DNA from: Nanobdellota archaeon
GTDB lineage: Archaea; Nanobdellota; Nanobdellia; Pacearchaeales; GW2011-AR1
Direction: 5' to 3'
Assembly: GCA_027364705.1 (NCBI GenBank)
Contig: DAHXOU010000029.1
Coordinates: forward strand, 1-55,861
DNA length: 55,861 nt
Position 1 is the stretch's first letter. Each line of letters begins with the position of its first letter. The position numbers and the translations under genes were made by a program. A model generated the notes under the pieces. That model had not been told where the DNA came from and ran no database searches. It saw only the letters and a list, made by a program, of their open reading frames with translations. Shown here piece by piece: positions 26,831 to 36,856 of the stretch.

Positions 26831-27781
26831 ATGGGAAAAGTGGCTATAACAGGAGGAAGTGGATTCATTGGTTCTGCTATTTATCGAGAGTGTAGAAAGA
26901 GAGGGGATGAAGTTATATTATTTGATAAAACTGAACCTCCATACAAACTTCCGAAAGGAGTAACTTGGACAAAATGTGATGTTTGTGATAAGGACCTTGT
27001 TCATAAAGTAATTGGAGAATCTAAACTAGATCAATTATATCTTGTTGCAGGAGTTTTAGGAACTTCTGAATTAAATGTTCAACCCAGTACTGCTTGTAAT
27101 GTTAATATCGGCGGCCTTGCTAATTTTATGGATTTGGCTGTAGAAAAAAAACTCCCAAGAACATTTTATGTTACAAAACCAAATGTTTGGGAAAATATGT
27201 ACACGATAACAAAAGAATGTTCTGAAAGAATAATTCAATATTATATGAATGAATATGGATTAGAAGGAGTAATTCACAAATGGTTTAATGCTTATGGTCC
27301 AGGACAACATACTCATCCAGTTAGAAAAGCAGTTCCTTATTTTATCTTAATGGCATTAAATAATAAACCAATGAGAATTCACGGCGATGGTGAACAAACT
27401 GTTGATTTAGTCTATGTTGATGATGTTGCTAAAATTGCTGTAGAATCAATGTATAAACCTAAAAATGAATTGACTAATTCCGAAGTAATTGAAGTAGGAA
27501 CCGGAGTAGGGCTTACGGTTAATTATTTAGCTAATACTATCAAGGAAATGTGCAACTCTAAGTCAGACATAATTCATGAACCAATGAGATCTGGAGAAGT
27601 TCCAAATACTCAGTTGGCTGCAAATACAAAAAGATTATTTGATATTATGGGAAAAGATTTTAAATTTATGGACTATGAAGAGGGAATGTTAAACACAATC
27701 AAATATTATAAAAGTATTAATCCTATTCAAGCAGATGCGGCTTTGGAATTTTATAACGGTCTGAATAAATTAGACAAATAA
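26831..27781 (+). CDS. NAD-dependent sugar epimerase/dehydratase (extended SDR)
   Basis: 316 aa. ITGGSGFIGSAI Rossmann motif and a catalytic YTITK (YxxxK). Confidence 0.8.
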   Translation: MGKVAITGGSGFIGSAIYRECRKRGDEVILFDKTEPPYKLPKGVTWTKCDVCDKDLVHKVIGESKLDQLYLVAGVLGTSELNVQPSTACNVNIGGLANFMDLAVEKKLPRTFYVTKPNVWENMYTITKECSERIIQYYMNEYGLEGVIHKWFNAYGPGQHTHPVRKAVPYFILMALNNKPMRIHGDGEQTVDLVYVDDVAKIAVESMYKPKNELTNSEVIEVGTGVGLTVNYLANTIKEMCNSKSDIIHEPMRSGEVPNTQLAANTKRLFDIMGKDFKFMDYEEGMLNTIKYYKSINPIQADAALEFYNGLNKLDK

Positions 27782-27789
27782 TTTTATAA
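27782..27789 (+). promoter_or_regulatory. TATA-box candidate
   Basis: TTTTATAA centred about 26 nt upstream of the ATG at 27812. Confidence 0.4.
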
Positions 27790-27811
27790 TGTTCTTTATT
27801 GAGGTAGCATT

Positions 27812-28897
27812 ATGATTAATCGCTTATGCATTTTTACCTGTAGCTTTTCTCCGAATAAACAAGCAATGCTTGATTATTTAGATAAAATTCTTCCTGAAAG
27901 TTGTGAAGTTTTTCTTTTTACTCCCCGAGATCCTAAGGGAACATATCAAACCAAAAAAATAAAAAAAATTGAAACAAGCTCAAGTAAACTTCTTTCTTTT
28001 TTTGAATTAAGAAAATTCTGTAAGCAGAAAAATATCCAGCGTATAATTAACCTCGGGGCCTTGCCTTATGAAGCTTTTGCAATGATTCATGCTTGTCTGT
28101 TTGTAAAAAAAAGAGATTTTATCTGCTATCATCTTGGAAATCCGATAGATTCTCTTTATCTCGATTCTACTAAAATGAAAATAAAAGCATTTTTTGAATT
28201 GATTATTTCATTTATCCTTTCTATCTTTCCAAAAAAAATTTTCTTAGTTTCTGCAAATCAGGTTAATCGAATTAAGAGATATTTATTTTTTTCAAGAGAA
28301 AAAATTTTCTTAATGCCACAACCAGTTTCAACTAGTTTTTTTTGTCCACAAGATAAACTTTCATCTAGAAAAAAATTAAATCTAAATTCAAAAGATAAGA
28401 TAATAATTTTTGTTGGGAGGATTGGTTACCTCAAAGGTTCAGACATTTTGCTTCATTTAATAAAGAACAATCCAGATAAAAAATTCATTCTTATAGGACA
28501 AATTGTGGATAAAGATTTGGAAAAAGAATTTTTATCTTTTCTCTCTACTAATTTAATTCTTTTCCCCCACAAAAATCAGAAAGAATTAATTGATTATTAT
28601 AATGCTTCAGATTTGTGTCTTTTCCCCAGCAGAATAGAAGGAACTCCTCTTGTCCCCCGAGAAGCTATGTCTTGCGGAACTCCCGCAATAGTTTCAAAGA
28701 TACCGAGTACAGAATCTATCTTTGCAGCAATAAAGGTGCCTATTAATTCGGCTAAAATGAATCTTGCCTTGAACAATTTTTTTAATTTATCTCCAGAAAG
28801 AAAAAAAGAAATTTCTTTTAACTCTAGAAAATGCATTGTAGAAGCTTTTGATGATTCTGTTTGGAAAAAAGAATTTATACGACTTTTTTTGTCTTAA
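27812..28897 (+). CDS. GT-B glycosyltransferase, family 4 / group 1 type
   Basis: 361 aa. IIFVGRIGYLKG and FPSRIEGTPLVPREAMSCGTPAIVS (E-x7-E-type motif). Confidence 0.75.
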   Translation: MINRLCIFTCSFSPNKQAMLDYLDKILPESCEVFLFTPRDPKGTYQTKKIKKIETSSSKLLSFFELRKFCKQKNIQRIINLGALPYEAFAMIHACLFVKKRDFICYHLGNPIDSLYLDSTKMKIKAFFELIISFILSIFPKKIFLVSANQVNRIKRYLFFSREKIFLMPQPVSTSFFCPQDKLSSRKKLNLNSKDKIIIFVGRIGYLKGSDILLHLIKNNPDKKFILIGQIVDKDLEKEFLSFLSTNLILFPHKNQKELIDYYNASDLCLFPSRIEGTPLVPREAMSCGTPAIVSKIPSTESIFAAIKVPINSAKMNLALNNFFNLSPERKKEISFNSRKCIVEAFDDSVWKKEFIRLFLS

Positions 28898-29388
28898 TTT
28901 TTCAAAACTTTTATTCTAACTTCAATATTTGAAATTAACCCGCCACAAAAAAGCGAAAGTTTATTTCTTATTTGTTTTGGAAATATTTTTCCAGGAAGTG
29001 TTGGTGTAAGTTCCAAATTTTCTATTTTAAATTGTCTCTTTTTTTCTATCTTAGTCCTTCTCATTTCAAGTTCTTTGAATGCAACTTCATTAAAGAAATG
29101 TTTATGTTGTAAATCCGAATAAGCTCCTTTGTTTGTATAGTGTGGGACAACTATATGAATTATCCCGTCGGGTTTTGATATTCTCCATAATTCTGAGATT
29201 ACTTTCTCTACATCATCTAAATGTTCCAAAACACAACTGGTATAAATGTAATCATAACTATCATCTTTTATAGGGTAAGGGAATTTATTAAAATCAAAAT
29301 TGCTAATTACGCCTGGACCTTTTTGTATGTCCACATTATCCCATCCTTCTTTGATATCATTTCCGCATCCAAAATTTAATCTTTTCAT
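28894..29388 (-). CDS. Class I SAM-dependent methyltransferase
   Basis: About 164 aa from MKRLNFGCGNDIKEGWDNVD (motif I), with a CVLEHLDD post-motif. The ATG at 29388 lies 1 nt after the upstream stop. The track start at 29451 would overlap the GT gene by 62 nt. Confidence 0.75.
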   Translation of the reverse strand: MKRLNFGCGNDIKEGWDNVDIQKGPGVISNFDFNKFPYPIKDDSYDYIYTSCVLEHLDDVEKVISELWRISKPDGIIHIVVPHYTNKGAYSDLQHKHFFNEVAFKELEMRRTKIEKKRQFKIENLELTPTLPGKIFPKQIRNKLSLFCGGLISNIEVRIKVLKN

Positions 29389-29389
29389 T

Positions 29390-30568
29390 TTATCTTTTAT
29401 AGTCCTCGATAGTGTTGTCAATAATATTTTTCCACCTGTATCTCTCGGCATACTTTCTTATATCTTTTTTTTCCCATTTTAAAATTTTACATATTGCATC
29501 AGTTATGTCTTTAACTGATTTCGGTTTTATTATAATGCCCTCTCTATTTTCTTCTATCATTGTAGGAATTCCTCCAACATTTGTTGCAATAATCGGGAGA
29601 TTTCTGGCAATAGCTTCCATTATACTTACAGGACAACTTTCTGTATAACTTGGTAAAATTAAACAATCGCAGGCAGATAAGTAGAGTAATTTCTTATCTC
29701 CATAAACCGGACCTAAGAATTTTACATTTTTCATTTTTTTGTCTTCTGAATAATCCTTAAAAAAATTATAATCTGCTCCTCCCCCGACGATTAATAATTC
29801 AACGCCATCTTCTTTTATTTTTTCCATTGCTTCAAGAAGTTCTCTTATTCCTTTGGTAGTTTTAACTCTTCCAAGAAACAGTAAATATTTTTTATTTTTA
29901 TCCAACCCTAATTTTTTTCTTGCGGAATCCTTTTGCTCTTTATCAAAGTATTCGTCTTCAATTCCCATCGTCTGAAATTTAATCTCTGTCTGTTTCGATA
30001 TTTTTTTCAGATAATTATTTTCTTCCTCTGACTCGCTGTAAAAAATATCTACTTTTTTAAAAAGTAATTTCTCTAAAACTTGCATTAATAATATTCCGGG
30101 TAAAAATCCAATTAATTTTTTATATTTTTTAAGATTGCCCAAGGGATTTCTGCCACCATGATGAGAGCTTATAATTTTTATATTCTTTTTATTTTTAGCA
30201 AGTAATAGAATTAAATAACTTTGCCAGGTATGGTGTTCATGAAGATGGATAATTAACTTTTTATCTTCTTCAATTGCTTCTTTTTGTTCTTTTTTTAATG
30301 CACGCAGAATATCTGTTGAAATTTCTATTCCGTGTCTTTTAGAAAAAATGGTTGGAAAAATTCTAAACTTCAAATTTTCCTTAAACTTTGTTTCTTCTTT
30401 TTTATATTTTCTTTCAATTGTCCAGGATTCTATCTCGATGTGGGGGTAAAACTTTTTTATCTGATAAGCAACTTTTGAATTCCATGCCCGATATATATCT
30501 TCTTCATAATCTTCTACAGAATGTGAAGACGAAGCTGAACTTATATGAATTACTTTTATTTTTTCCAT
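29390..30568 (-). CDS. GT-B glycosyltransferase, family 4 / group 1 type
   Basis: About 392 aa from MEKIKVIHISS. LLFLGRVKTTKG and LPSYTESCPVSIMEAIARNLPIIATNVGG. The ATG at 30568 lies 1 nt after the upstream stop. Confidence 0.8.
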   Translation of the reverse strand: MEKIKVIHISSASSSHSVEDYEEDIYRAWNSKVAYQIKKFYPHIEIESWTIERKYKKEETKFKENLKFRIFPTIFSKRHGIEISTDILRALKKEQKEAIEEDKKLIIHLHEHHTWQSYLILLLAKNKKNIKIISSHHGGRNPLGNLKKYKKLIGFLPGILLMQVLEKLLFKKVDIFYSESEEENNYLKKISKQTEIKFQTMGIEDEYFDKEQKDSARKKLGLDKNKKYLLFLGRVKTTKGIRELLEAMEKIKEDGVELLIVGGGADYNFFKDYSEDKKMKNVKFLGPVYGDKKLLYLSACDCLILPSYTESCPVSIMEAIARNLPIIATNVGGIPTMIEENREGIIIKPKSVKDITDAICKILKWEKKDIRKYAERYRWKNIIDNTIEDYKR

Positions 30569-30569
30569 T

Positions 30570-32081
30570 TTAATGTTTATACTTAAATCGGTAACTATAA
30601 TTTGCAATTGGGCTCATTAGGCTCTTCTCGAGAGATGGAGATATATTATACAAGAATAAAGATAACTTACTAAGAAGAAGCAATCCCTGATAAACTCCAA
30701 AACTTACAAAAGAATTTCTAAATCTTCTTTTTGAAATTATTTTAAGATTCCATTTTCCCATCATTTTATACAGCTGGTCAATTTCTCTAAAAACTTTTTT
30801 GTCTAATTTGTAAAAATTATTTTGCAGTTGTTCCCAGAATACGTGATAAAATAACATAAAAAAAGGATGATGATTCTTTATGAAAAAATCCTTTTTGTTC
30901 ATCCACCATTTTTCAAATCCGTATTCTTTTGCATAATTGTCATAATCTTCCGTATTCGGCATCGGCTGTAAAACTCCTCCACAAAATCCTTGTGTAACAT
31001 ATTTTCTTATTCTTTTAATTCGTTTATTCAGTTCTTTTATTTCTTCTGTGCTGTTCCATGGAAAACCCGTCAGAATATTTACACCAATACGGATTTTTGC
31101 TTTTTTGCACCAAATCAAAATATCTTTTGTTCTCTGAATATACCATTCTGCATTGCTGGTTTTTTTCATTTTAATAAGTGAAGATGGAATCAGACTTTCC
31201 ACACCGAGACTAATCATCACACAACCTGCTTTTTTCATTTTAGATATCATCTCCTCGTCGAGAAAATCTATTCTTGTTGCACAGACCCATTCTATTGGGA
31301 GTTTAGCTTCGGCAAGCATGTCACATAGTTCAATGAGTCTATTTTTATTTACGGTAAAAGCATCATCTATAAAATTAATGTGGGTTACTCCATATTTTTT
31401 ATATAATTCCAAAACTTCATCAAAAACATTTTTTGCTGGCCTATATCTGAAACATTTTCCGAATAATGCATGATAACAATAAGTGCATCTTCCGGGACAG
31501 CCGCGGCTTGTCAAAATTCCACCGAAATTATTTATCTCATCTTTTATTTTTACATAATCTTCTTTTCTGAAAATATCTTTATCTGGAGAAGGCAATTTGT
31601 CTATGTTAACTTGCTCTGCTGCGGGGTTTTTTTTAATTTTATTTTTATCTTTGTAAACTATTCCTTTTACTTTATCTAATTTTTTTCCCAAGGCAATTGC
31701 ATTTAGCAAATTTGCAAACATTGCTTCAGCTTCTCCAACGACAGCTATGTCTGCACCTTGCTCAATTGTTTCTTCTGGATAGATTGTAACATGTGGGCCT
31801 CCCGCGATTATTGTTTTACAATACGGACGGATTTTTTTTATTAAGTCATAAGAGTCTACGGCATAATTTGTGAAAATGCTGATACCCACAATTGGATTTT
31901 CTTTTTTAATTAATTCAATGATATCTCCAATATTTTTTTGGTTATACTGAGCATTCAAATTTTCTACCAAAACTTCAAATCCAGCATCTTTTGCAATTTT
32001 GCCTAAATAAGCAAAAGCCATAGGTGGTGACGGGTCTTTCCATCCTGTCTCTGCTCTGAGAAATAATACTTTTCTCTCCAT
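30570..32081 (-). CDS. B12-binding-domain (class B) radical SAM enzyme
   Basis: About 503 aa from MERKVLFLRAETG. PMAFAYLGKIA...IAGGPHVT...VVGEAE, followed by TSRGCPGRCTYC. The longer track ORF begins at a GTG inside the promoter region. Confidence 0.85.
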   Translation of the reverse strand: MERKVLFLRAETGWKDPSPPMAFAYLGKIAKDAGFEVLVENLNAQYNQKNIGDIIELIKKENPIVGISIFTNYAVDSYDLIKKIRPYCKTIIAGGPHVTIYPEETIEQGADIAVVGEAEAMFANLLNAIALGKKLDKVKGIVYKDKNKIKKNPAAEQVNIDKLPSPDKDIFRKEDYVKIKDEINNFGGILTSRGCPGRCTYCYHALFGKCFRYRPAKNVFDEVLELYKKYGVTHINFIDDAFTVNKNRLIELCDMLAEAKLPIEWVCATRIDFLDEEMISKMKKAGCVMISLGVESLIPSSLIKMKKTSNAEWYIQRTKDILIWCKKAKIRIGVNILTGFPWNSTEEIKELNKRIKRIRKYVTQGFCGGVLQPMPNTEDYDNYAKEYGFEKWWMNKKDFFIKNHHPFFMLFYHVFWEQLQNNFYKLDKKVFREIDQLYKMMGKWNLKIISKRRFRNSFVSFGVYQGLLLLSKLSLFLYNISPSLEKSLMSPIANYSYRFKYKH

Positions 32082-32168
32082 TTGCTCAGAAAAATAGTTC
32101 CCTTTAAAATAATTTATATAATTCCAAAACACACAAATTTTTATAAATATTTTTCATATTTCCCCCTT
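32082..32168. promoter_or_regulatory. Divergent promoter region with two TATA-box candidates
   Basis: TTTAAAATAA (32103-32112) lies about 26 nt from the minus-strand ATG at 32081. TTTTTATAAATA (32138-32149) lies about 25 nt from the ATG at 32169. Confidence 0.45.
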
Positions 32169-33284
32169 ATGCCCTCTATGTCTCTGAAGCACAAGATAAA
32201 ACTGGTTTCTCACTACATTACCAGAATGAAATTTATGGAACTCTACAATATGTTTTGGGTTTACTCTCTTTGGTGGAACCATAAATTAAGTGCATTTTTA
32301 CTTAATAAATTCCTTCCGAAATTAGGAGTTGATTTATTTCCTCCTTTCCTTGAAGTCGAACATACTACTGTCTGTAGTTTCAGATGTAAAATTTGCGAAC
32401 ACACTTACTGGAAAGAACCCTCAGTCAATATGAGCTTTGAAAAATTCAAACATATTTATGACCAATTTGGAAGATTAAAATGGATTGGGCTTACAGGAAT
32501 TGGTTCATCTTATCTGAACCCTGATTTTCACAAAATCGTAAGATACTGCAAATCAAAAGGAACAATTGTAGAGTTAATGGACCACTTTGGACATTTCAAA
32601 AATGAATCCCAAATAAGAGAACTTCTTGAAATCGGTCCTGACTTTCAGTTTGTTTCAATCTATGGGGCAACTAAAAAAACTTCAGACGGAGTTTGCATCG
32701 GAAGCGATTTTGATGTTGTAACAAAAAATGTAAGGGATTTTGTTCGACTAAAAAAACAGATGAATAAAAAATTCCCGATACTGAATTTTCATTATATTGT
32801 GACCAATCAATCTAAAGATGAAGTTTTTGGTTTCCTTGATTTTATTCATTCCCTAAACACAGAAATTGGAGAAATTCTTATTACGCCGATGCTTCACGAT
32901 TTTAAGGAAGCAAAAGGATATGCTGTCAAATTAGATTCTGAATATATTGCTAAGATTAGAAAAAAAGCAGCACAGTATAAAATTCCGACGACGATAAATC
33001 TTACTGCAATTCAGCAAGAAAAAGGATTGTTGAAAAAACCTCCGTTTAGTTTTTGCAAGGAATATATCATGCCGTTTGTTTTCGTCACAGGTGATGTTAG
33101 TCCGTGTTGCGGAATGAATGAAGCAAACCAGCGTGACTTGCTGAAAAAAAATTCTCCAGGAAATTTATTCAATCAAAATATTCGGCAAGTTTGGTATTCT
33201 CCAAAATATAAAAGAATTAGAAAAATGTTAAGAAAGAATAAATGCCCTCATGAATGTGCATTGTGTCCTGCGTATCAAGAATAA
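32169..33284 (+). CDS. Radical SAM / SPASM-domain enzyme
   Basis: About 371 aa from MPSMSLKHK. HTTVCSFRCKICEH (CxxxCxxC). C-terminal C-x11-GDVSPCC and CPHECALC. The track start at 32082 is a TTG within the promoter region. Confidence 0.8.
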   Translation: MPSMSLKHKIKLVSHYITRMKFMELYNMFWVYSLWWNHKLSAFLLNKFLPKLGVDLFPPFLEVEHTTVCSFRCKICEHTYWKEPSVNMSFEKFKHIYDQFGRLKWIGLTGIGSSYLNPDFHKIVRYCKSKGTIVELMDHFGHFKNESQIRELLEIGPDFQFVSIYGATKKTSDGVCIGSDFDVVTKNVRDFVRLKKQMNKKFPILNFHYIVTNQSKDEVFGFLDFIHSLNTEIGEILITPMLHDFKEAKGYAVKLDSEYIAKIRKKAAQYKIPTTINLTAIQQEKGLLKKPPFSFCKEYIMPFVFVTGDVSPCCGMNEANQRDLLKKNSPGNLFNQNIRQVWYSPKYKRIRKMLRKNKCPHECALCPAYQE

Positions 33285-35164
33285 TTCTTCCAAGCGTCTT
33301 TATACGCCCGAATCATTTTTTCTGCAAACATTTCCCAAGAAAGATTTTTTTGAATAAATACTGCTTTCTCTTTTGCTTTTCTTTCCCACTCTTTTTTATT
33401 GTTATAAATTTCTAAAACGGAATCAGCATAGTTTGAAGTTACAATACCTAAATCTTTTTCTTTAATTAACGAGGCAGTTTCAATTTCTTCTGAAACAATT
33501 ATTGGAACTCCTGCACATAGTACTTCTATCGGAGCCAAAACTCCGCCCATTTTTTTAAGAGGAAATAATCCCACATCACTTGCTTTATACAAATCTGCAA
33601 GTTCTTTCCTGTTATCAAACATGCCGATAAATTTGATATATTTCTCCAATTTTTTTTCTTTGATATAATCATCTATCTTTTTTTTGTAATCAGGGGTTTC
33701 TCTTCCGCTCAGAATTAAAAGGATATTTGGAATTTTGTCTTTCAATTTTTCAATTGTTTTAATACTTTCCAGTTGATTTTTTACTTCGGTAATCATTCCA
33801 GACTGCAGAATAACAAATTTTTTTTCTAGTCCATATTTTTTCTTCGCATTTAATGAGTCTCCAGAAGAAAAAAAATTATAATCAACTCCAAAATCAATTA
33901 GTCTAGAATTCATCCCATATCTTTCCTTTGCTCTGATTTTATTCAAACTTTCGGCGACAGTAATTATATCCATGCTATTTCTTATCATAAATTTGTCGAC
34001 CCCGATTCTGATTTCATTTAATATTTTTAGGAACAATCCTGCATTTGGTTTGCTATAAAGGTTCGGCGGGAGATTCATAAACCAGACAGCCGGTTTTTTC
34101 CTTGGCCATAAAGTCCATGTTGCAGGAAAATCATGGAAATTTATTACATCATAGTTTCTAATTAACTTCTTAATCTCTCGTCGATAAATTCGTATAAAAC
34201 TTAGAATCTCCTTTATGCTTTTGAATCCTGGAGGCTGCAAGTCAATATTATGTTTTGGAATAATTATGTCTGTATTAATCAGCAGATTTTCAACTTCCTT
34301 AGATTTTGATAATGCAAGAATGTCATTCTTTATTCCTCTTTTGGTCAGCTGATTTGCAAGTTCTGTTATCAGCAATTCTGCCCCGCCAAAATATTTCATT
34401 TGGGTATGAACAATCAAAACTTTTGGATTTTCTTTTTTAATTAGGTCTTTTGCAAGTTCAAAATCCTCTTTTGTATTTACATTAACATAACCCTTTTTGC
34501 TAATTGGGTAAACATGGATTTTTTTACCATCATCAATTGCAACCTGAATTAAGTCGACAAGTTCTTTCTGTTTCCTGAATGCATTTATCGGCGTTCTCTC
34601 AATATAATTAAAAATATCATTTTTCAAAATGCAATGTCCCGTACCTTTTATATTATTGACAATAACTCTTGGTTTTTCTATAAGCCGAAATACTCTGCCA
34701 AGATGATTTCCCATTGCTGTATAGGTTTTAGAAATGCTGGATTTATCCTTTTCAAAAACAATTCCACAGACAGCAAATAATTCCTCTTTTTTGAATTTCT
34801 TAATCATCTCTCTAAGTTTTGCATCCGATATAATCTCATCAGCAAGCATAAGAATAAAATCGCTTCCATCAATTGCTTCTCTCGCCGCCTCAATTCCAGT
34901 AACGAGTCCTTCTTTTATTTTTTCTTCGCTAATTTCAACATAAGTTATTTTTGTTCCCCTATACTCATTGCCTATACTTTTGATAATTTCATCTTTTTTA
35001 TAACAAACAACAATTACAATCTCACTTACTCCTGCTTCTACTGCGTGGTCAAGATTATATTCGATAAGGGGCTTTTCATAGAGTTTAATCATACTCTTAT
35101 TTTTATTATCTGTCCAGTCTTCAAGTCTACTTCCCCTACCTCCTGCTAAAATAAGAGCCTTCAT
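33275..35164 (-). CDS. Fusion protein: sugar-1-phosphate nucleotidyltransferase (N-terminal) plus GT4-type glycosyltransferase (C-terminal)
   Basis: 629 aa. MKALILAGGRGSRL nucleotidyltransferase signature (aa 1 to about 240, nt 35164-34445). Then KVLIVHTQMKYFGGAELL...LILSGRE...GGVLAPIEVLCAGVPIIVS, a GT-B domain (aa about 248-629). Confidence 0.8.
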   Translation of the reverse strand: MKALILAGGRGSRLEDWTDNKNKSMIKLYEKPLIEYNLDHAVEAGVSEIVIVVCYKKDEIIKSIGNEYRGTKITYVEISEEKIKEGLVTGIEAAREAIDGSDFILMLADEIISDAKLREMIKKFKKEELFAVCGIVFEKDKSSISKTYTAMGNHLGRVFRLIEKPRVIVNNIKGTGHCILKNDIFNYIERTPINAFRKQKELVDLIQVAIDDGKKIHVYPISKKGYVNVNTKEDFELAKDLIKKENPKVLIVHTQMKYFGGAELLITELANQLTKRGIKNDILALSKSKEVENLLINTDIIIPKHNIDLQPPGFKSIKEILSFIRIYRREIKKLIRNYDVINFHDFPATWTLWPRKKPAVWFMNLPPNLYSKPNAGLFLKILNEIRIGVDKFMIRNSMDIITVAESLNKIRAKERYGMNSRLIDFGVDYNFFSSGDSLNAKKKYGLEKKFVILQSGMITEVKNQLESIKTIEKLKDKIPNILLILSGRETPDYKKKIDDYIKEKKLEKYIKFIGMFDNRKELADLYKASDVGLFPLKKMGGVLAPIEVLCAGVPIIVSEEIETASLIKEKDLGIVTSNYADSVLEIYNNKKEWERKAKEKAVFIQKNLSWEMFAEKMIRAYKDAWKNYS

Positions 35165-35278
35165 TAATTACTCCTGTCATTAGCTCTTTAAAGGATTTAT
35201 CTACGAAAACTATATGTTTTCAAAATATATATCAGAGCTGACATAAAACCTTAAAAATAATTCAATTATTCCTTTTTG
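35165..35278. promoter_or_regulatory. Divergent promoter region with two TATA-box candidates
   Basis: CTTTAAAG (35186-35193) lies about 25 nt from the minus-strand start at 35164. CTTAAAAATAA (35250-35260) lies about 24 nt from the ATG at 35279. Confidence 0.45.
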
Positions 35279-36817
35279 ATGAAGATTACCCTCATATCGA
35301 CTTCAACTTTCCCTTCTGACCAGGGAATCAGAACAATTTCGAGCGTTCTAAAAAGGGAAGGATATGATGTAAAACTTGTTTTTATGTCTCTGAGCGAAGA
35401 TTATTCAATAAATTATACTTTGCACGAGTTAAAACAACTTTTAAGAATTTGCAGAGACAGTCAGTTAATTGGAATAAATTCTTTTGCTTCGACTTCTCAA
35501 AGAGCTTTAAGAATAATTTCTTTTCTAAAAAAGAATCTTAATGTTCCAATAGTTTATGGAGGAGTTCATGCAACAATTTCTCCTGAAGACTGCATAAATG
35601 TTTCCGACCTTGTTTGTGTTGGAGAAGGAGAAGAAGCAATAGTTGAATTGGCGAAGGCGATAGACAAAGAAAAAAATTTCGATAAGATAAAAAATTTATG
35701 GATAAAAAAAGAAGAAAAGATAATTAAAAATCCTGTGAGAAATATTTTAGATAATTTAGATTCACTTCCTCTCCCAGATTATAATATCGAAAATCATTTT
35801 ATTCTTGAAAAAGGAAAATTAAGAAAATTTCGAGAAGAAGATTTATCTGGTCAGATTTTTTTTCTCACTGGAAGAGGTTGCCCTTATGGTTGTGACTACT
35901 GCAGTAATTCTTTTTTTAATAAGCTCTATGAGGGAAAAAGAAAATCAATTTTGAGATGGCATTCCCCAGAATACATTATCGATGGCATTTTGGAATTAAA
36001 AAAGAAATTTCCAAAAACTCTTGGTTATTTTGATATTCGTGACGACACTTTTTCTCTGCGCCCACTTGATGATATAAAAAAATTCTGTAATCTATACAAA
36101 GAAAAAGTTAAGATGAGATTCAAATGTCTTGCAGACCCGAAAACAGTCAGCGACGATAAAGTTAAACTTCTTGTTGATGCGGGATGTACAGATATAATTA
36201 TTGGTATTCAAGGAAGTGAAAGAACTAATCAGGAAATTTATCACAGAAATCAAAAAGATGAAGATGTTTTGCGTTCTGCAAAAGTTCTCAATAAGTACAA
36301 AGATAAACTTGCAGTTATGTACGATGTCATCACATGTAACCCTTATGAAAAACCAGAAGATATCATAAATCTAATCCGCCTCCTTCAGAAAATTCCAAAA
36401 CCATATTATCTTTCAGTTAACAATCTTGTTTTTTTTCCAGGTTCCCAATTATACCGTAGGATAATGGACGACGATAATTTGAAAAAAGAAAGAAATGCAA
36501 CTTACAAATTAAATTACTGGGACCGAGCAAAACATATTCGACTAAAAAAGAAAAATGCCTATCTTGTTTTAATCTTAAATTTAATGCGGGGTTCAGTTAC
36601 TAAAAAGCGATTTGGTTTTATGCCTACTTCTTTAATAAACTGGTTTTTGGTTCCTGCAAGAGTTAAAAAAAATTTAAGAAATCCATTTACAACTAAAATA
36701 ATTTTGAGACTTGTTGAACTTATTGATTTAATCCGAGAAAAAATATTGAAGCCATTTTACAGATCATTACCCGTAAATTTTAAGGTCTGGTACGATAAAA
36801 CGAGATATAGAGTTTAA
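35279..36817 (+). CDS. B12-binding-domain (class B) radical SAM enzyme
   Basis: 512 aa from the ATG at 35279 (the track start at 35276 is a TTG). VYGGVHAT...CVGEGE, followed by TGRGCPYGCDYC. Confidence 0.85.
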   Translation: MKITLISTSTFPSDQGIRTISSVLKREGYDVKLVFMSLSEDYSINYTLHELKQLLRICRDSQLIGINSFASTSQRALRIISFLKKNLNVPIVYGGVHATISPEDCINVSDLVCVGEGEEAIVELAKAIDKEKNFDKIKNLWIKKEEKIIKNPVRNILDNLDSLPLPDYNIENHFILEKGKLRKFREEDLSGQIFFLTGRGCPYGCDYCSNSFFNKLYEGKRKSILRWHSPEYIIDGILELKKKFPKTLGYFDIRDDTFSLRPLDDIKKFCNLYKEKVKMRFKCLADPKTVSDDKVKLLVDAGCTDIIIGIQGSERTNQEIYHRNQKDEDVLRSAKVLNKYKDKLAVMYDVITCNPYEKPEDIINLIRLLQKIPKPYYLSVNNLVFFPGSQLYRRIMDDDNLKKERNATYKLNYWDRAKHIRLKKKNAYLVLILNLMRGSVTKKRFGFMPTSLINWFLVPARVKKNLRNPFTTKIILRLVELIDLIREKILKPFYRSLPVNFKVWYDKTRYRV

Positions 36818-36828
36818 CTTCATAACCC

Positions 36829-36836
36829 TTTTAAAT
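36829..36836 (+). promoter_or_regulatory. TATA-box candidate
   Basis: TTTTAAAT centred about 25 nt upstream of the ATG at 36857. An AAGGAAAG purine tract lies between the two. Confidence 0.4.
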
Positions 36837-36856
36837 CACAAAACTAAGGAAAGATA

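Noticed and set aside
32082-32168. N-terminal extensions on track ORFs: TTG at 32082, GTG at 32132, TTG at 35276, and ATGs at 29451, 30607 and 25658
   Set aside because: The extensions run through promoter-like A+T boxes or overlap the upstream gene by 20-60 nt. Downstream ATGs sit 1 nt after the neighbour's stop, or about 25 nt after a TATA box, and begin the conserved domain.
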